From a virus (lineage: Duplodnaviria; Heunggongvirae; Uroviricota; Caudoviricetes): a stretch of 64,000 bases of DNA. Where the stretch lies: the IMG/VR virus record IMGVR_UViG_3300028602_000006; one strand, 5' to 3'. Of this stretch, positions 1 to 9,972 are shown in pieces. The translations under genes and the position numbers were made by a program. Below the pieces are notes generated by a model that was not told where the DNA came from, made no database searches, and saw only the letters and a program-made list of their open reading frames with translations. Position 1 is the stretch's first letter; every line of letters starts with the position of its first letter.

Positions 1-2
1 AA

Positions 3-965
3 GATATTTGTTTCTTGACAGACTGTGAACAAAAGGCTAAATTTGGTCAAAAGATAGGAGTAGAAATTATGAGTGATGACTTTTTTGATTTCTTTGAGAA
101 GGTGCAAGAAAAGAAAGAAGTAAGGACTTGGGATGCTTGCATAATGAATCCTCCCTACCAAACAAAAAGCAATAACAAGCACAAAAAAACTCAGGCAATA
201 TGGGATAAGTTTGTCGCATGTTCGGTTGATATTGTTGAACAAGGAGGGACTATCGCGGCTATTCATCCTTCTGGGTGGCGTAATGTTGATGGCATGTTTA
301 AGAAGACACAAGATATTTTGAAATCTAAAGATATGAAATATCTTGAAATGCACGACGAGAAAGATGGGTTGATGGTCTTCGGAGCCGAAACTCGTTATGA
401 TTGGCATGTAACACAAAACGTCCGGAATAAAGGTAATACGATTATAGTTGGTAAAAATGGAGAATCTTGCACCATTGATATAAGTAAATATGAATTTATT
501 CCGAACAGTATGTTTAAAGAAATTAATAACCTTTTAGCTAAGGATGGCGAAGAAAAAGTTGAAGTTCTGAGAGATGCATCCGACTGTCACACTCAAAAAC
601 CATGGATGTCACAGGAGAAAACAAAACAATTTTGCAATCCATGTGCCTATATGGTTAATTCTGAAGACCTTTGCATTCTATGGTATTCTAAAAAGCGCGA
701 TGGGCATTTCGGAATTCCTAAGTTGATATGGTCTAACGGGCGTGTTACATCGGTGGGGTCTATTGTTGACGCCGATGGGATCTATGGTCTTACCCAGTTT
801 GCTTACGCAATTGCTGATTCTTCTAAAAATCTACCAATGATAAAAAAAGCATTTGATAGTGACAAATTCCGTACTATTATGCAACAATGTGCTGTTGGTC
901 AGCTTTCCATTAACTATAAAGTAATTGCTCAATTTCGTAAGGACTTTTGGAAGGAGTTTGTCTAA
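3..965 (+). CDS. N6-adenine DNA methyltransferase, catalytic/TRD part (5' partial)
   Basis: CIMNPPYQ (motif IV) followed by WDKFV and HPSGWR typical of Eco57I-like MTases; frame is open to the window edge. Confidence 0.8.
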   Translation, partial: DICFLTDCEQKAKFGQKIGVEIMSDDFFDFFEKVQEKKEVRTWDACIMNPPYQTKSNNKHKKTQAIWDKFVACSVDIVEQGGTIAAIHPSGWRNVDGMFKKTQDILKSKDMKYLEMHDEKDGLMVFGAETRYDWHVTQNVRNKGNTIIVGKNGESCTIDISKYEFIPNSMFKEINNLLAKDGEEKVEVLRDASDCHTQKPWMSQEKTKQFCNPCAYMVNSEDLCILWYSKKRDGHFGIPKLIWSNGRVTSVGSIVDADGIYGLTQFAYAIADSSKNLPMIKKAFDSDKFRTIMQQCAVGQLSINYKVIAQFRKDFWKEFV

Positions 966-966
966 A

Positions 967-1518
967 ATGTCACAAGAACAAAAAACTCTTTCGGAAGTCA
1001 ATCACGAAAAACGAAAAGAAAGAAGGAAAAAGTCTGCCGAAGATTTTACGCCGCTTTCTTTAGTCAATCAGATGCTTGATAAAATGGAAGAATATACTCC
1101 CGATATATTTATAAATCCAGAGAAAACAATAATAGACCCATCTTGCGGCAATGGCAATATGCTGATTGAAACACTCAAAAGAAAACTAAAACACGCCAAT
1201 CCTGTTCAAGCCATATCAACAATATATGGATGCGATATATTCAGGGACAACGTAAATGAATGCAGATTGAGACTCCTAAAGGTTATTACCAAATATAAGA
1301 CCGTAAAACTATCACAACAAGATTACATTGAGATTATTAAACAGTTGGCAAAGAATATAGTTCATGTTCCACTAACACAATTTCCTAATGGTTCACTTGA
1401 TTATCTTAAATTGCCAAAAGGAGAGACATTTAACAATTACTTGTCAGAAGCAAGATGTTTGGAAACTATAAAAAAGATAAAAGACGGGAAATTACTTGAC
1501 GGGCTTAAAATAGAATGA
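967..1518 (+). CDS. DNA methyltransferase AdoMet-binding subunit/domain
   Basis: FTPLSLVNQML, IIDPSCGNGNML (motif I), IYGCDI; no NPPY; ATG 967 directly follows the upstream stop. Confidence 0.75.
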   Translation: MSQEQKTLSEVNHEKRKERRKKSAEDFTPLSLVNQMLDKMEEYTPDIFINPEKTIIDPSCGNGNMLIETLKRKLKHANPVQAISTIYGCDIFRDNVNECRLRLLKVITKYKTVKLSQQDYIEIIKQLAKNIVHVPLTQFPNGSLDYLKLPKGETFNNYLSEARCLETIKKIKDGKLLDGLKIE

Positions 1519-2603
1519 AAATAATAAGGTCAACAAAATGTAGCACTAAGTTTGCTACTCAAAAGAAAAAGCAAGAACTACTCACCATTCTTCAAGAGTA
1601 TGGAAAGGTAGTAAATTGCTTTGTTGACTATTTCTGGACTAATCCAACAGACAAAACTCAATTGCTAAAACCAATTGTTGACATACCTCAAACGTGGTTA
1701 TCTGCTCGTTTAAGAAAAGTAGCCGCAAGAGAAGCACTTGATATGATTTCTGCCTCAAAAGAACGTTGGAAGAGTCAACCAAAGAAACTCGTCAAGTCAA
1801 TTCACAAGGGCAAAAGAATGTATGTTTCCTGCACTATAGCAGAACTTAAAGATTCAAAAGAAGCAAAACAATTTGATGCTTGGCTACATATCGCTTCTGT
1901 CGGAAACAAGATAACAATGGATATTCCAATCAAATTCCACAAGCATTATAATAGACTTTGTATTAAAGGCAAAAGACTCAATTCATACATTATCACAGAA
2001 AACTATGTTCAATTCGTTTTTGAAACGGAAACAGGATTAAAGAAAGATGGCAAAAAGTGTATTGGAATTGATACAGGAATAAATGCCTTGGCTTCTCTTT
2101 CAACGGGACAACAATTAGGCAAGGATATTAAACAGAACATAGAACGAGTCAAGAGATGTAAGCAAGGTTCTAAGGGCAAGGATAGGGCTAGAAGGGCTTT
2201 AAAACAAAGAATAGATGAAGTAGCCAAGGAAGTTATTAAAACGAATCCTGATTTAATTGTGGTTGAAGGATTAAAGAATTTGGGTAAGAACTCAAAACTC
2301 AAACGACGATTGAGTAAAAATATTCGTCGTTCTATCGGTAGTTGGAATTGGAAATACTGGTTAGGCAGACTAGAACAAAGGTGCGAAGACAATCGTATTG
2401 CTTTTCGTACTGTCTCTCCTTACAATACTAGTATTACCTGTCCGAAATGTGGTCTTGCCGATAAGAAGAATCGTGACGGAGAAGTATTCCGCTGTCAGAG
2501 TTGTGATCATACTGACAACGCAGATATAAATGCAAGCAGGAATATTTTGTCACGATTTCTTACTGGTCCCTACGGTGCCAGTTACAAACCAATAAACCCA
2601 TAA
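1515..2603 (+). CDS. tnpB: TnpB-family RNA-guided endonuclease (RuvC + Zn ribbon)
   Basis: IGIDTG / VVEGL / CPKCG..CQSC / NADINASRN; ATGA overlap with MTase stop; no tnpA. Confidence 0.9.
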   Translation: MKIIRSTKCSTKFATQKKKQELLTILQEYGKVVNCFVDYFWTNPTDKTQLLKPIVDIPQTWLSARLRKVAAREALDMISASKERWKSQPKKLVKSIHKGKRMYVSCTIAELKDSKEAKQFDAWLHIASVGNKITMDIPIKFHKHYNRLCIKGKRLNSYIITENYVQFVFETETGLKKDGKKCIGIDTGINALASLSTGQQLGKDIKQNIERVKRCKQGSKGKDRARRALKQRIDEVAKEVIKTNPDLIVVEGLKNLGKNSKLKRRLSKNIRRSIGSWNWKYWLGRLEQRCEDNRIAFRTVSPYNTSITCPKCGLADKKNRDGEVFRCQSCDHTDNADINASRNILSRFLTGPYGASYKPINP

Positions 2604-2659
2604 AATAAATGATGAAAAACTATGACACAGATTTTTGTAGGTTTAAAGGAACGGTAATG

Positions 2660-3070
2660 GGGCTATTATTTTGTTTAGAAATAATGTGGGAACCTATTAT
2701 TTTGTTTAAAAATCCATTATATTATCACAAATTAATAAATAAGTCAACACGATAAAATAATTAATTAATTGTGAGGGGGATAATAAATAAGTCAACACAA
2801 TAAAATCTGGCGTGGGATTCGGGAAGGATGATATCATAATAATTTATTTATGTCAAGTAAATAAATTCTGGCGTGGGTTTGAATTCTTGATTGTTGGATT
2901 TAATTCTGGCGTGGGATTTAAATATCAGTAGGGAATTATATCACGCTCGAATATGATTGTCAAGCATAAAAATTCTGGCGTGGGTTTGATCTTCGAGAGG
3001 ATTATAGTCTAGCGTGGGAATCAATATATAACAAATTAGTTATATATTTATACTTAAATTCTGGCGTGAG
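2660..3070. repeat. Cluster of TCT(G/A)GCGTG motifs and short direct repeats
   Basis: Motif at 2806, 2867, 2905, 2974, 3008, 3060; CTATTATTTTGTTTA x2; AATAAATAAGTCAACAC x2. Confidence 0.85.
2719..2963 (-). promoter_or_regulatory. Three leftward sigma70-like promoters
   Basis: On - strand: TTGACT-17-TAATAT (2747-2719), TTGACA-17-TATCAT (2856-2828), TTGACA-17-TAATTC (2963-2935). Confidence 0.55.
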
Positions 3071-3159
3071 TATTTATTTTGATCGTTAGAAATATGAATA
3101 ATTTGCTTGCAATTGAGCGTGAGTTATGATATGGTCATGTTTAAAGATTGGGGAAAGAA

Positions 3160-3387
3160 ATGAAACAAATTGGTAAAACAAAAATAGATCTTAATTTAAT
3201 CGTAGATAATGAATTTGTTCGTGAGCAGATAGAGGAAGCAAAAACTGACCATGCTTATGAGGTAGAAGAAATTATTGAAATTGGGAAATATCAAGACGAT
3301 TTCTTTTCGTTTACTACCTTGAGGAGCGATAAAAATTCAAATGCAAAAGCTGGAACAATATTATTGACAACATACTTCCATCAATAA
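3160..3387 (+). CDS. hypothetical protein
   Basis: ORF track 3148; ATG 3160 chosen as start. Confidence 0.6.
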   Translation: MKQIGKTKIDLNLIVDNEFVREQIEEAKTDHAYEVEEIIEIGKYQDDFFSFTTLRSDKNSNAKAGTILLTTYFHQ

Positions 3388-3433
3388 TATATTCATTGGT
3401 ATTTAAAGATTGGGAAACAAATAGGAGAAACAG

Positions 3434-4006
3434 ATGAAGAATGAATATTATCCTGAGAGATGTATGCCGATTGGGGAAGATACAGAATATCCTGAGGTAT
3501 GTCCTATATGCGGGGCGGGGATAAAGGATGTGGAGCAGAATCATTATAAGGGGCCGATTTATGAATGTGGCGGGCAATACAGGATGAAATCTCAGATACA
3601 GAATCATACGGACAAATGGGGCGGTTCATGTCCTGTTACTTATATGGAAAGATTAAAGAGTCAGGGTCTTTTGGATTCTAAAGCGACAGTATGGTCAGTT
3701 AAGAAAGATGGTCGCAGATTTCATATTGCTTCTTTCTCTATGGGATTTTTGGCGGGAGATTTTGCGAAGGATTTCAGCATGAGTTATCCTCGGTTTTGGG
3801 ATGAGGATTCAGAAGTTGTTTATATTGAAGTACTTGGGGAATTACATGGGGAGAGTGGGATACGTTATCGGAAGGGGGAAGTGATAGCGAAGAAGGGGAA
3901 TGCGTATCATATAAAGGGATCTCCGCATGAGCATGTATGGTTTAAGGTTAAGCAGGTAAATAGTTATCAACAGGAGTATGGGGAAATAATTATAGAAGAG
4001 GCTTGA
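3434..4006 (+). CDS. hypothetical protein with N-terminal Zn ribbon
   Basis: GGAG RBS; CPICG...ECGG. Confidence 0.7.
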   Translation: MKNEYYPERCMPIGEDTEYPEVCPICGAGIKDVEQNHYKGPIYECGGQYRMKSQIQNHTDKWGGSCPVTYMERLKSQGLLDSKATVWSVKKDGRRFHIASFSMGFLAGDFAKDFSMSYPRFWDEDSEVVYIEVLGELHGESGIRYRKGEVIAKKGNAYHIKGSPHEHVWFKVKQVNSYQQEYGEIIIEEA

Positions 4007-4065
4007 CATTAGGATATTGGATGTGATACCGTTTGGGTAATGATTGGATAAGGAGAAAGAAAATT

Positions 4066-4284
4066 ATGAAACGTAAGACTAAGAAAGAGATAATCATATG
4101 GGCATCTGGTGAATTTTTGACTGAATCTTTGCCTGAAGATTATGACAGCATAGATGAGGATCAATTATTTATTTATATTGACGATCATGCTTCATTGGAA
4201 TATGAAAATGATAGGGCGAAGGATATTTGGAGGAAGATAACGGATTTAGCAGATTCCATTGAGCAATTTTTGAATAAGGAATAA
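4066..4284 (+). CDS. hypothetical protein
   Basis: GGAG RBS, ATG 4066. Confidence 0.7.
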   Translation: MKRKTKKEIIIWASGEFLTESLPEDYDSIDEDQLFIYIDDHASLEYENDRAKDIWRKITDLADSIEQFLNKE

Positions 4285-4286
4285 GT

Positions 4287-4511
4287 ATGAAGCAAATTGT
4301 AGTAGAGGTAAAATTTACATATCGTTGGTGGCGGGAAGATGGGAAAGATATTGTTCCTGAGCATATTGAAGCGTTGCAAGAGACTGCGTTAAAACATATT
4401 GGAGAGAAAATTGCTGAGGGTTATGTTGAGGGGGAATTGACAGATAACATTCATATGATAGGCAGTGATCCTGAAGATGGGATTTATTATCGGGGGTATT
4501 GGACTAAATAA
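4287..4511 (+). CDS. hypothetical protein (paralog of 6876..7115)
   Basis: Shared TYRWW..PEH..AL.E.A..EGY..GEL.DNI.M..DPEDGI.Y.G.W. Confidence 0.75.
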   Translation: MKQIVVEVKFTYRWWREDGKDIVPEHIEALQETALKHIGEKIAEGYVEGELTDNIHMIGSDPEDGIYYRGYWTK

Positions 4512-4690
4512 TGAAAAAGCCTGCATTAGAGGAAACAATATACAGATTACCACCGGATAATAAACATCCAAAGGGAATGAGAGTTCGGAAGTATAAAGGC
4601 CAATATTGTAATGAAAAGGAATGCGCCGTTGTATGCGTTAAGGATGGGCATGTATTTTACACGAAAAAGACATTGACAAGGGAAGAATAA
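4511..4690 (+). CDS. small hypothetical protein (59 aa, not in ORF track)
   Basis: MKKPALEET...TLTREE; TAATG overlaps on both sides. Confidence 0.6.
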   Translation: MKKPALEETIYRLPPDNKHPKGMRVRKYKGQYCNEKECAVVCVKDGHVFYTKKTLTREE

Positions 4691-4992
4691 TGAATCTAAA
4701 AGATATGTTAGAGCAATTGGCAACGATTGATGGGTATGAAAAATTAAAATATCACAATGGCATGTGGTGGGTGCTTGAGGATATAAGCCCTCTTTGTACT
4801 ATCCCTGAATATTTTGAAAACGATTCTGCTTTGCAACGAATCATTAACCATATGCCTGAAGAGATACTTGAGAAATATGGATATGAATTGGGCAAAATGT
4901 TTACCCGCAAAAGTTGGTGGTGGGTATTAACTGCAACTTGTCAGCAGAAAACCGAAGCTATTTTAAGGGCATATGGTAAATGGGTGGAATAA
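4690..4992 (+). CDS. hypothetical protein
   Basis: ORF, coupled start. Confidence 0.7.
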   Translation: MNLKDMLEQLATIDGYEKLKYHNGMWWVLEDISPLCTIPEYFENDSALQRIINHMPEEILEKYGYELGKMFTRKSWWWVLTATCQQKTEAILRAYGKWVE

Positions 4993-5087
4993 AATGTACG
5001 ATAAACTCATAGAATCTGGCGTTAAATGAATTGACATCTAGCCTCAATATGCTACAATGATTTCATAATAAGTTAAGGAAGAATTTT

Positions 5088-5288
5088 ATGACAGATACAA
5101 TTGAGAAGGTTGATAATTCTTATGATGAGATTATCCCTTGTTATATTCTTGTTGCAGTTATGCCTGTAAAAATGGGTTCTGGGAAAAAGAATCCTAAACC
5201 GCTGTCTTCCACGATGATTACTTTGGGAGGTATTCGACCCAGCGAAGCCCATCATATTTTAAATGATTTCTTCAAGGGTGACGAGTGA
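5088..5288 (+). CDS. hypothetical protein
   Basis: Own promoter and RBS. Confidence 0.65.
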   Translation: MTDTIEKVDNSYDEIIPCYILVAVMPVKMGSGKKNPKPLSSTMITLGGIRPSEAHHILNDFFKGDE

Positions 5289-5365
5289 GAATTTGTGGTT
5301 GACATTTTACACAAAAAATGAGATGTTAAAAGAATGAAGATTGGAAAAGGAACGGGAGAAAAACA

Positions 5366-5620
5366 ATGAGTATGTCCAAAAGAAAGTTTTACAAGACTAC
5401 AATCAAAATCTCAATCTTATCGGAAGAAAAAATTGACTTTCATAATATGACTCTTGCGGATATTGACCACGAGATAACAGAGGGTGGATCTTCGGGGGAA
5501 GTGTGGACAAGCCCGACAAGTGAAATAGACGCTGTGCAGGCCGTTAAGGGGCTTTCAAAAATGGGTTCAGACCCAGCATTCTTTAGACTCACAGAGGATG
5601 GGGAAGATTGCGAAGATTAA
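5366..5620 (+). CDS. hypothetical protein
   Basis: GGGAG RBS. Confidence 0.7.
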   Translation: MSMSKRKFYKTTIKISILSEEKIDFHNMTLADIDHEITEGGSSGEVWTSPTSEIDAVQAVKGLSKMGSDPAFFRLTEDGEDCED

Positions 5621-5641
5621 GAAAAGTCAGGAAGAATAATT

Positions 5642-5854
5642 ATGGCAAAAAAATACACCTATGAAGTCCCTGTAAAATTCACCTTTGATGGCGTTTTCAA
5701 AGTCAAAGCGAAGTCAAGAGAAGAAGCTGTTGAATTGGTGAAGAATGATTGTGGAATGACGATGACCAATGGGGTTCATTCTTCTTTACCCGAAGGAAAT
5801 ATTGATTGGGAATTTCCTTGTCATCCCGAAAAAGAAATTGGAGAACCGCAATGA
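5642..5854 (+). CDS. hypothetical protein (V.A.S.EEA motif, DpnD/PcfM-like)
   Basis: FKVKAKSREEAVELV. Confidence 0.6.
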   Translation: MAKKYTYEVPVKFTFDGVFKVKAKSREEAVELVKNDCGMTMTNGVHSSLPEGNIDWEFPCHPEKEIGEPQ

Positions 5855-6159
5855 GCAAAAAGAAATCCAAAAAGATTGAACCGCCAGTAGGTGTTTATTG
5901 TGAAATGGTGGAACTTCGCAAAAATATGGATAAGATCATTAGGGATTTATTAACGGGTAGGCTTTATGGGGAATTACTATCTGAATGGTCGCACGTTCCG
6001 CTTCATGTCATAAATACGCTGATGAAATTTTGTAATTTATATGCGGATGGAAAGTACAAAAAGGCAAAAGAGTTAGTTTATAAAACAGCAATAGTTCACT
6101 ATCTTTCTGCTAAAACAAGATATTGGCTTGCGTATGATGTTAGTCCGGAGATGTTATGA
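5851..6159 (+). CDS. hypothetical protein
   Basis: ATGA overlap, GGAG RBS. Confidence 0.65.
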   Translation: MSKKKSKKIEPPVGVYCEMVELRKNMDKIIRDLLTGRLYGELLSEWSHVPLHVINTLMKFCNLYADGKYKKAKELVYKTAIVHYLSAKTRYWLAYDVSPEML

Positions 6160-6383
6160 AAATCAAAAAAGCAAAAGATATTGTTGTTGGTGATTGGGTT
6201 TCCCGTTCGAAGGATAAGATAACGATATTCAAAAAGGTGGATTTTGTCCATATTGCGCTAGTAGACGGTGTTTATATGGAAATTACACTTTTAAATTCTC
6301 CATCCCGGCTAGGATCTGTTACCCATATGTTACACCAAGATGATCTTATATTAGTTGCTGATGAAAGCGAAATCCCTTCTTGA
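6156..6383 (+). CDS. hypothetical protein
   Basis: ATGA overlap. Confidence 0.65.
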   Translation: MKIKKAKDIVVGDWVSRSKDKITIFKKVDFVHIALVDGVYMEITLLNSPSRLGSVTHMLHQDDLILVADESEIPS

Positions 6384-6429
6384 CATTTAAAATGAATCTG
6401 CTATGATGATTGAAAGATAGGAGAAAGAA

Positions 6430-6699
6430 ATGAAAGTATTATTCGATAATTTCGAGTGCGTAAAAATGGCAAAGTATTATGATCTTACCACGGATGGGTT
6501 TATTGATGAACCCATTATTACCGAAGAAGATCAATCTAATGCCGATGAAGAAGCAGAGTCGCAGTTTTGGGTGGTTCAGGCGCATGTACCTGATGGTGGA
6601 ATGGAATCTTTGTTCGAAACTGATGATGAAGAATATGCAAAGGAGATGACTACGTTCTTTCAGACTCTTTTGCAAAAATTGGGATTGAACGTAAAATGA
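6430..6699 (+). CDS. hypothetical acidic protein
   Basis: Promoter and GGAG RBS. Confidence 0.7.
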   Translation: MKVLFDNFECVKMAKYYDLTTDGFIDEPIITEEDQSNADEEAESQFWVVQAHVPDGGMESLFETDDEEYAKEMTTFFQTLLQKLGLNVK

Positions 6700-6866
6700 A
6701 GAAAAAAGTGGAATCGTTTCTGGAAGAGCTTAGGCGTTCACGTGCAAGGGAAATCAAGAAATTTGATCATTCACAAGGAAAAGAAGCGGTTGAGGCTAAT
6801 GCAAGGTCAGATGTTTTATTCTTTGTGATTAAGCGTCTTGAAAGTATTATTGAGAGCGAACAATAA
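6696..6866 (+). CDS. small hypothetical protein (56 aa, not in track)
   Basis: MKKKVESFLEEL...; ATGA overlap. Confidence 0.55.
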   Translation: MKKKVESFLEELRRSRAREIKKFDHSQGKEAVEANARSDVLFFVIKRLESIIESEQ

Positions 6867-6875
6867 GGGAAAACA

Positions 6876-7115
6876 ATGAAAGAAATGGAACGCAAAATTG
6901 AAATCACCTATAGATGGTGGATTAACGGGCGGCGTTATGACAAAATTAAACCCGAACATTATGTGGCTCTCGAAGAATCAGCAGAAAAACGTATTCATGA
7001 AATGATGGATGAAGGTTACTTATCTGGTGAACTCAATGACAATATCCGCATGACTGACGACGATCCCGAAGATGGCATTGAATATAAAGGATGGTGGGAA
7101 ATTAAAAGGACTTAG
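6876..7115 (+). CDS. hypothetical protein (paralog of 4287..4511)
   Basis: Same motif string as its paralog; TAG stop. Confidence 0.75.
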   Translation: MKEMERKIEITYRWWINGRRYDKIKPEHYVALEESAEKRIHEMMDEGYLSGELNDNIRMTDDDPEDGIEYKGWWEIKRT

Positions 7116-7133
7116 CAAAAGTTAGGAGATAAT

Positions 7134-7484
7134 ATGAGAGTAATTGTAACGGCCAAAGAGATGTTAGATAGCGGTAAGTGGGAAACCTTTTGTGAGATTA
7201 AGGGATTGAGTCCATATTGTATTAACGAGGGTCCTCTAACTTCTGATGAGGAATTTTCTTTAAATAGTAATGAGTGTGCAATTTTAGGGATTGGTGTTCC
7301 CATTCTTCCAGAGTGTCGCTACCGTGCATGTGAAAAATGTGGATCAGAATTAATTGGCGAATATTGCAATGATAAAACCTGTCCATATTCTGATTGGCCT
7401 CAAGATGTAGCGGTTGAAGATCTTTGTGAACTTTCAACGTTGGCAATTGAGAACAAATATAAAATCACTAAGAGAGCCATATAA
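7134..7484 (+). CDS. hypothetical protein with CxxC motif
   Basis: GGAG RBS; CEKCG..C....CP. Confidence 0.7.
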   Translation: MRVIVTAKEMLDSGKWETFCEIKGLSPYCINEGPLTSDEEFSLNSNECAILGIGVPILPECRYRACEKCGSELIGEYCNDKTCPYSDWPQDVAVEDLCELSTLAIENKYKITKRAI

Positions 7485-7566
7485 AGAGTAAAAAAGTAAA
7501 TTTTACTCTTGCAATTTATTCAAGCCTGTGGTAATATAGCTTTAACAATTAATAAAAGGAGTTGTT

Positions 7567-8778
7567 ATGGCGAACAATGGCAGGAATGGCTTTGAGAAAT
7601 ATGAATCTGATTGTGATGCAGTATGGCTTTATCGGCTCAGAAGTTCTTACTCCAAGATTCGAAAACATGTAGAAGAGAAAACTCAAAAAATTCTCAGAGA
7701 ACCTACTTTTCACATTAATCCCAATACTCAATATAAATGGGGGTCATGGGAACCTTCTACTCGTATTATGACATTTTCTGCTATTCTACTTAGAAATTTT
7801 GAGTGGGAAGCAGTAGAACATGTAATGAAGCATGAAGTAGCGCATCAGATTGTCTCAGAAATATTTGATATGAATTGTTATGGAGTTGCTCATGGTGCGG
7901 CTTGGGAAAGAGCCTGTACTATTGTAGGGATTAAACCTGTTCGTTGTGATAGTAATAAATTTTTATCTGAATTTAAAGGTAATGGTGGGTCTTCAATGGC
8001 CGATAGAGTGCGTAAAATTATTATTCATGCTAATGATTCTGCGGCGACTGAAAAAGAAGCTGAAACCTTTATGCGCAAAGCAAGAGAGTTAATGCTTCGT
8101 CATAATATTGAGATGGAAGATATTATGGGAACGAAAAGGGTTTGGGTTTCTAGACCTTTCGGGCCAAACTTCGAACGTTGGCCGACTTATATGTGGTGTT
8201 TAGGGAATTTGCTTGAGGAACATTTTAATATCAAACATATTAAAACATATGGTCCATATAATAATTGTCGTTTAGAAATTTTTGGAGAGCCTGATAATTT
8301 AGATATTGCAGAATATGTTGGTCATGCTTTATTGAATCAGGCAGAGAAATTATATGAGATTCATAAAAAAGGAGTAGCTAAAGAAAAAGCATTAGAAAGA
8401 ATTTCAGGATCAAGATATGGTTATGGGCGTACTCGTCTTTCGAAAAGGGCTTTCATTGAAGGAATTATTTCAGGCTATTCTAAAAAATTACGTTTAGATA
8501 GGGAAGAGGCAGAAAAGAGAGTGGGAGAACAAATTGCTAAAGAGAGAGCCGAAAAAGAAGGTAGTAAATATATTGCAGGGGATTGCGCTATAGTTCCTGC
8601 TTATGATAAGAGATTAATGAATGAGATGTATAGGAATGCTTATCCTAGAATGAGAACTACTTCAAGTATTTGTGTTCGGGGAGAAGGTTATCTTGCAGGA
8701 CGTAATGCAGGATCAAAGTTATCTCTTGCCAAGGGCGTTAGTCGGGGAAACAATAATGGCTGTTTATTGGCATCTTAA
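7567..8778 (+). CDS. SprT-like zinc metalloprotease fused to DUF2786-like domain
   Basis: KHEVAHQ + AHGAAWERAC; DRVRKII..A....ATEKEAETFMRKARELMLRHNI. Confidence 0.75.
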   Translation: MANNGRNGFEKYESDCDAVWLYRLRSSYSKIRKHVEEKTQKILREPTFHINPNTQYKWGSWEPSTRIMTFSAILLRNFEWEAVEHVMKHEVAHQIVSEIFDMNCYGVAHGAAWERACTIVGIKPVRCDSNKFLSEFKGNGGSSMADRVRKIIIHANDSAATEKEAETFMRKARELMLRHNIEMEDIMGTKRVWVSRPFGPNFERWPTYMWCLGNLLEEHFNIKHIKTYGPYNNCRLEIFGEPDNLDIAEYVGHALLNQAEKLYEIHKKGVAKEKALERISGSRYGYGRTRLSKRAFIEGIISGYSKKLRLDREEAEKRVGEQIAKERAEKEGSKYIAGDCAIVPAYDKRLMNEMYRNAYPRMRTTSSICVRGEGYLAGRNAGSKLSLAKGVSRGNNNGCLLAS

Positions 8779-8790
8779 TGGGAGTAAATT

Positions 8791-9357
8791 ATGAGTGAAA
8801 AATCAATTAAGAAAATGATGGATGATATTAAGCGGGAAGAGAAAGAGCGTATCAGTAATCTCCCTGATTGGGCGAAAGAGTTGCAGGAGTATGGACAGAA
8901 TTGCACCTTTGAAATATTCAGTATTCATTATCCTTGGTCTCATAAAGATTGCCAGTTAATATCTAAATATTTTGGCGATAATATTTGTACGATCATGAAT
9001 GATGGATTCCCTATTGTTCGGTTCAGAGTATTGAATGATGGTAAAAAATTCCGTTTACTTCAATATCGTTTTTGGAATTCTCGTGAAAATAAGTTCACTT
9101 GTTCGAATGGTGCGTTAATACTTCGGGCATTACAGGATAGAGTATGGAAACAATCTTGGAATGAAGATTTGACGATCAATCAAGTAAAAGAATTTTTGAG
9201 GTTGCAGGGATTGGTTTCTTATAGCAATGAAAAAGCCGCATCCGTAGCTATTAAAAAACATGGGAAAATTCCTAGAGAGTTAACTAATACTCATTCGCTT
9301 GACGTTCAGATGGAAACGGGAACATATAGTGGAAAATTTATAAGCAAAAAAAGTTGA
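8791..9357 (+). CDS. hypothetical protein
   Basis: 188 aa ORF, GGGAG RBS. Confidence 0.7.
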   Translation: MSEKSIKKMMDDIKREEKERISNLPDWAKELQEYGQNCTFEIFSIHYPWSHKDCQLISKYFGDNICTIMNDGFPIVRFRVLNDGKKFRLLQYRFWNSRENKFTCSNGALILRALQDRVWKQSWNEDLTINQVKEFLRLQGLVSYSNEKAASVAIKKHGKIPRELTNTHSLDVQMETGTYSGKFISKKS

Positions 9358-9553
9358 AAAAAACACTTGCAATTATTTAAAGGATGTGGTAGAGTGTACT
9401 CAGACAATAGGGAAAGAACGAAGTCACTCCCTAGATGAAGAGAAGCACGAAAAAAGATAAAAAAGTTCTTGCAATCTAAATCGAATTGTGATAGAGTATT
9501 AGAAGATGGTAGAAGTAGTAGAAAAACATAACCAAAGGAAAGGGGTTAATAGT

Positions 9554-9955
9554 ATGGCATCGAAGAATAAAAATCCGTATCGGGCAGGGTCGGCATATGC
9601 GAATATTTTTGATTTTATTCGCTCAAAGCAGGTTGTAACTCGGAGTGATTTGCTCAAGCAGGGCTTTTCAGTTTCCGATGTTACGGTTGTCCTGTCTCCT
9701 CGTGCAGAGGGCAGTTCAACTCGGGACGGGGATTGTCGGGGTAATCTGTCGGCTCAGGGACAGGTTTATTTCTTGGAGAAGTTGGCCAAGAAGCAGGGCG
9801 AGGATCAGCGGTTCCGTCTTCGCTATCGCAAGACTGAACTCGAAAAGCGGGTTCGTCCTCCGAAGGTAGAAAAAGCTTCCAAAAAGTCTGAATCGGCGAA
9901 GGCTTCAAAGAAGACTGTCGAAAAGGCGGTCGAGAAAACTGCAACTGAGGCGTAA
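9554..9955 (+). CDS. putative DNA-binding protein with histone-like K/A/E tail
   Basis: Two tandem promoters upstream, RBS, tail KVEKASKKSESAKASKKTVEKA, strong terminator. Confidence 0.6.
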   Translation: MASKNKNPYRAGSAYANIFDFIRSKQVVTRSDLLKQGFSVSDVTVVLSPRAEGSSTRDGDCRGNLSAQGQVYFLEKLAKKQGEDQRFRLRYRKTELEKRVRPPKVEKASKKSESAKASKKTVEKAVEKTATEA

Positions 9956-9972
9956 GCTATAAGGGGCGGGAT

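Noticed and set aside
2800-3070. CRISPR array next to TnpB (Cas12f-like locus)
   Set aside because: The repeat core is only 9-11 nt with irregular 34-69-nt periods and is tied to promoters; no cas1/cas2.
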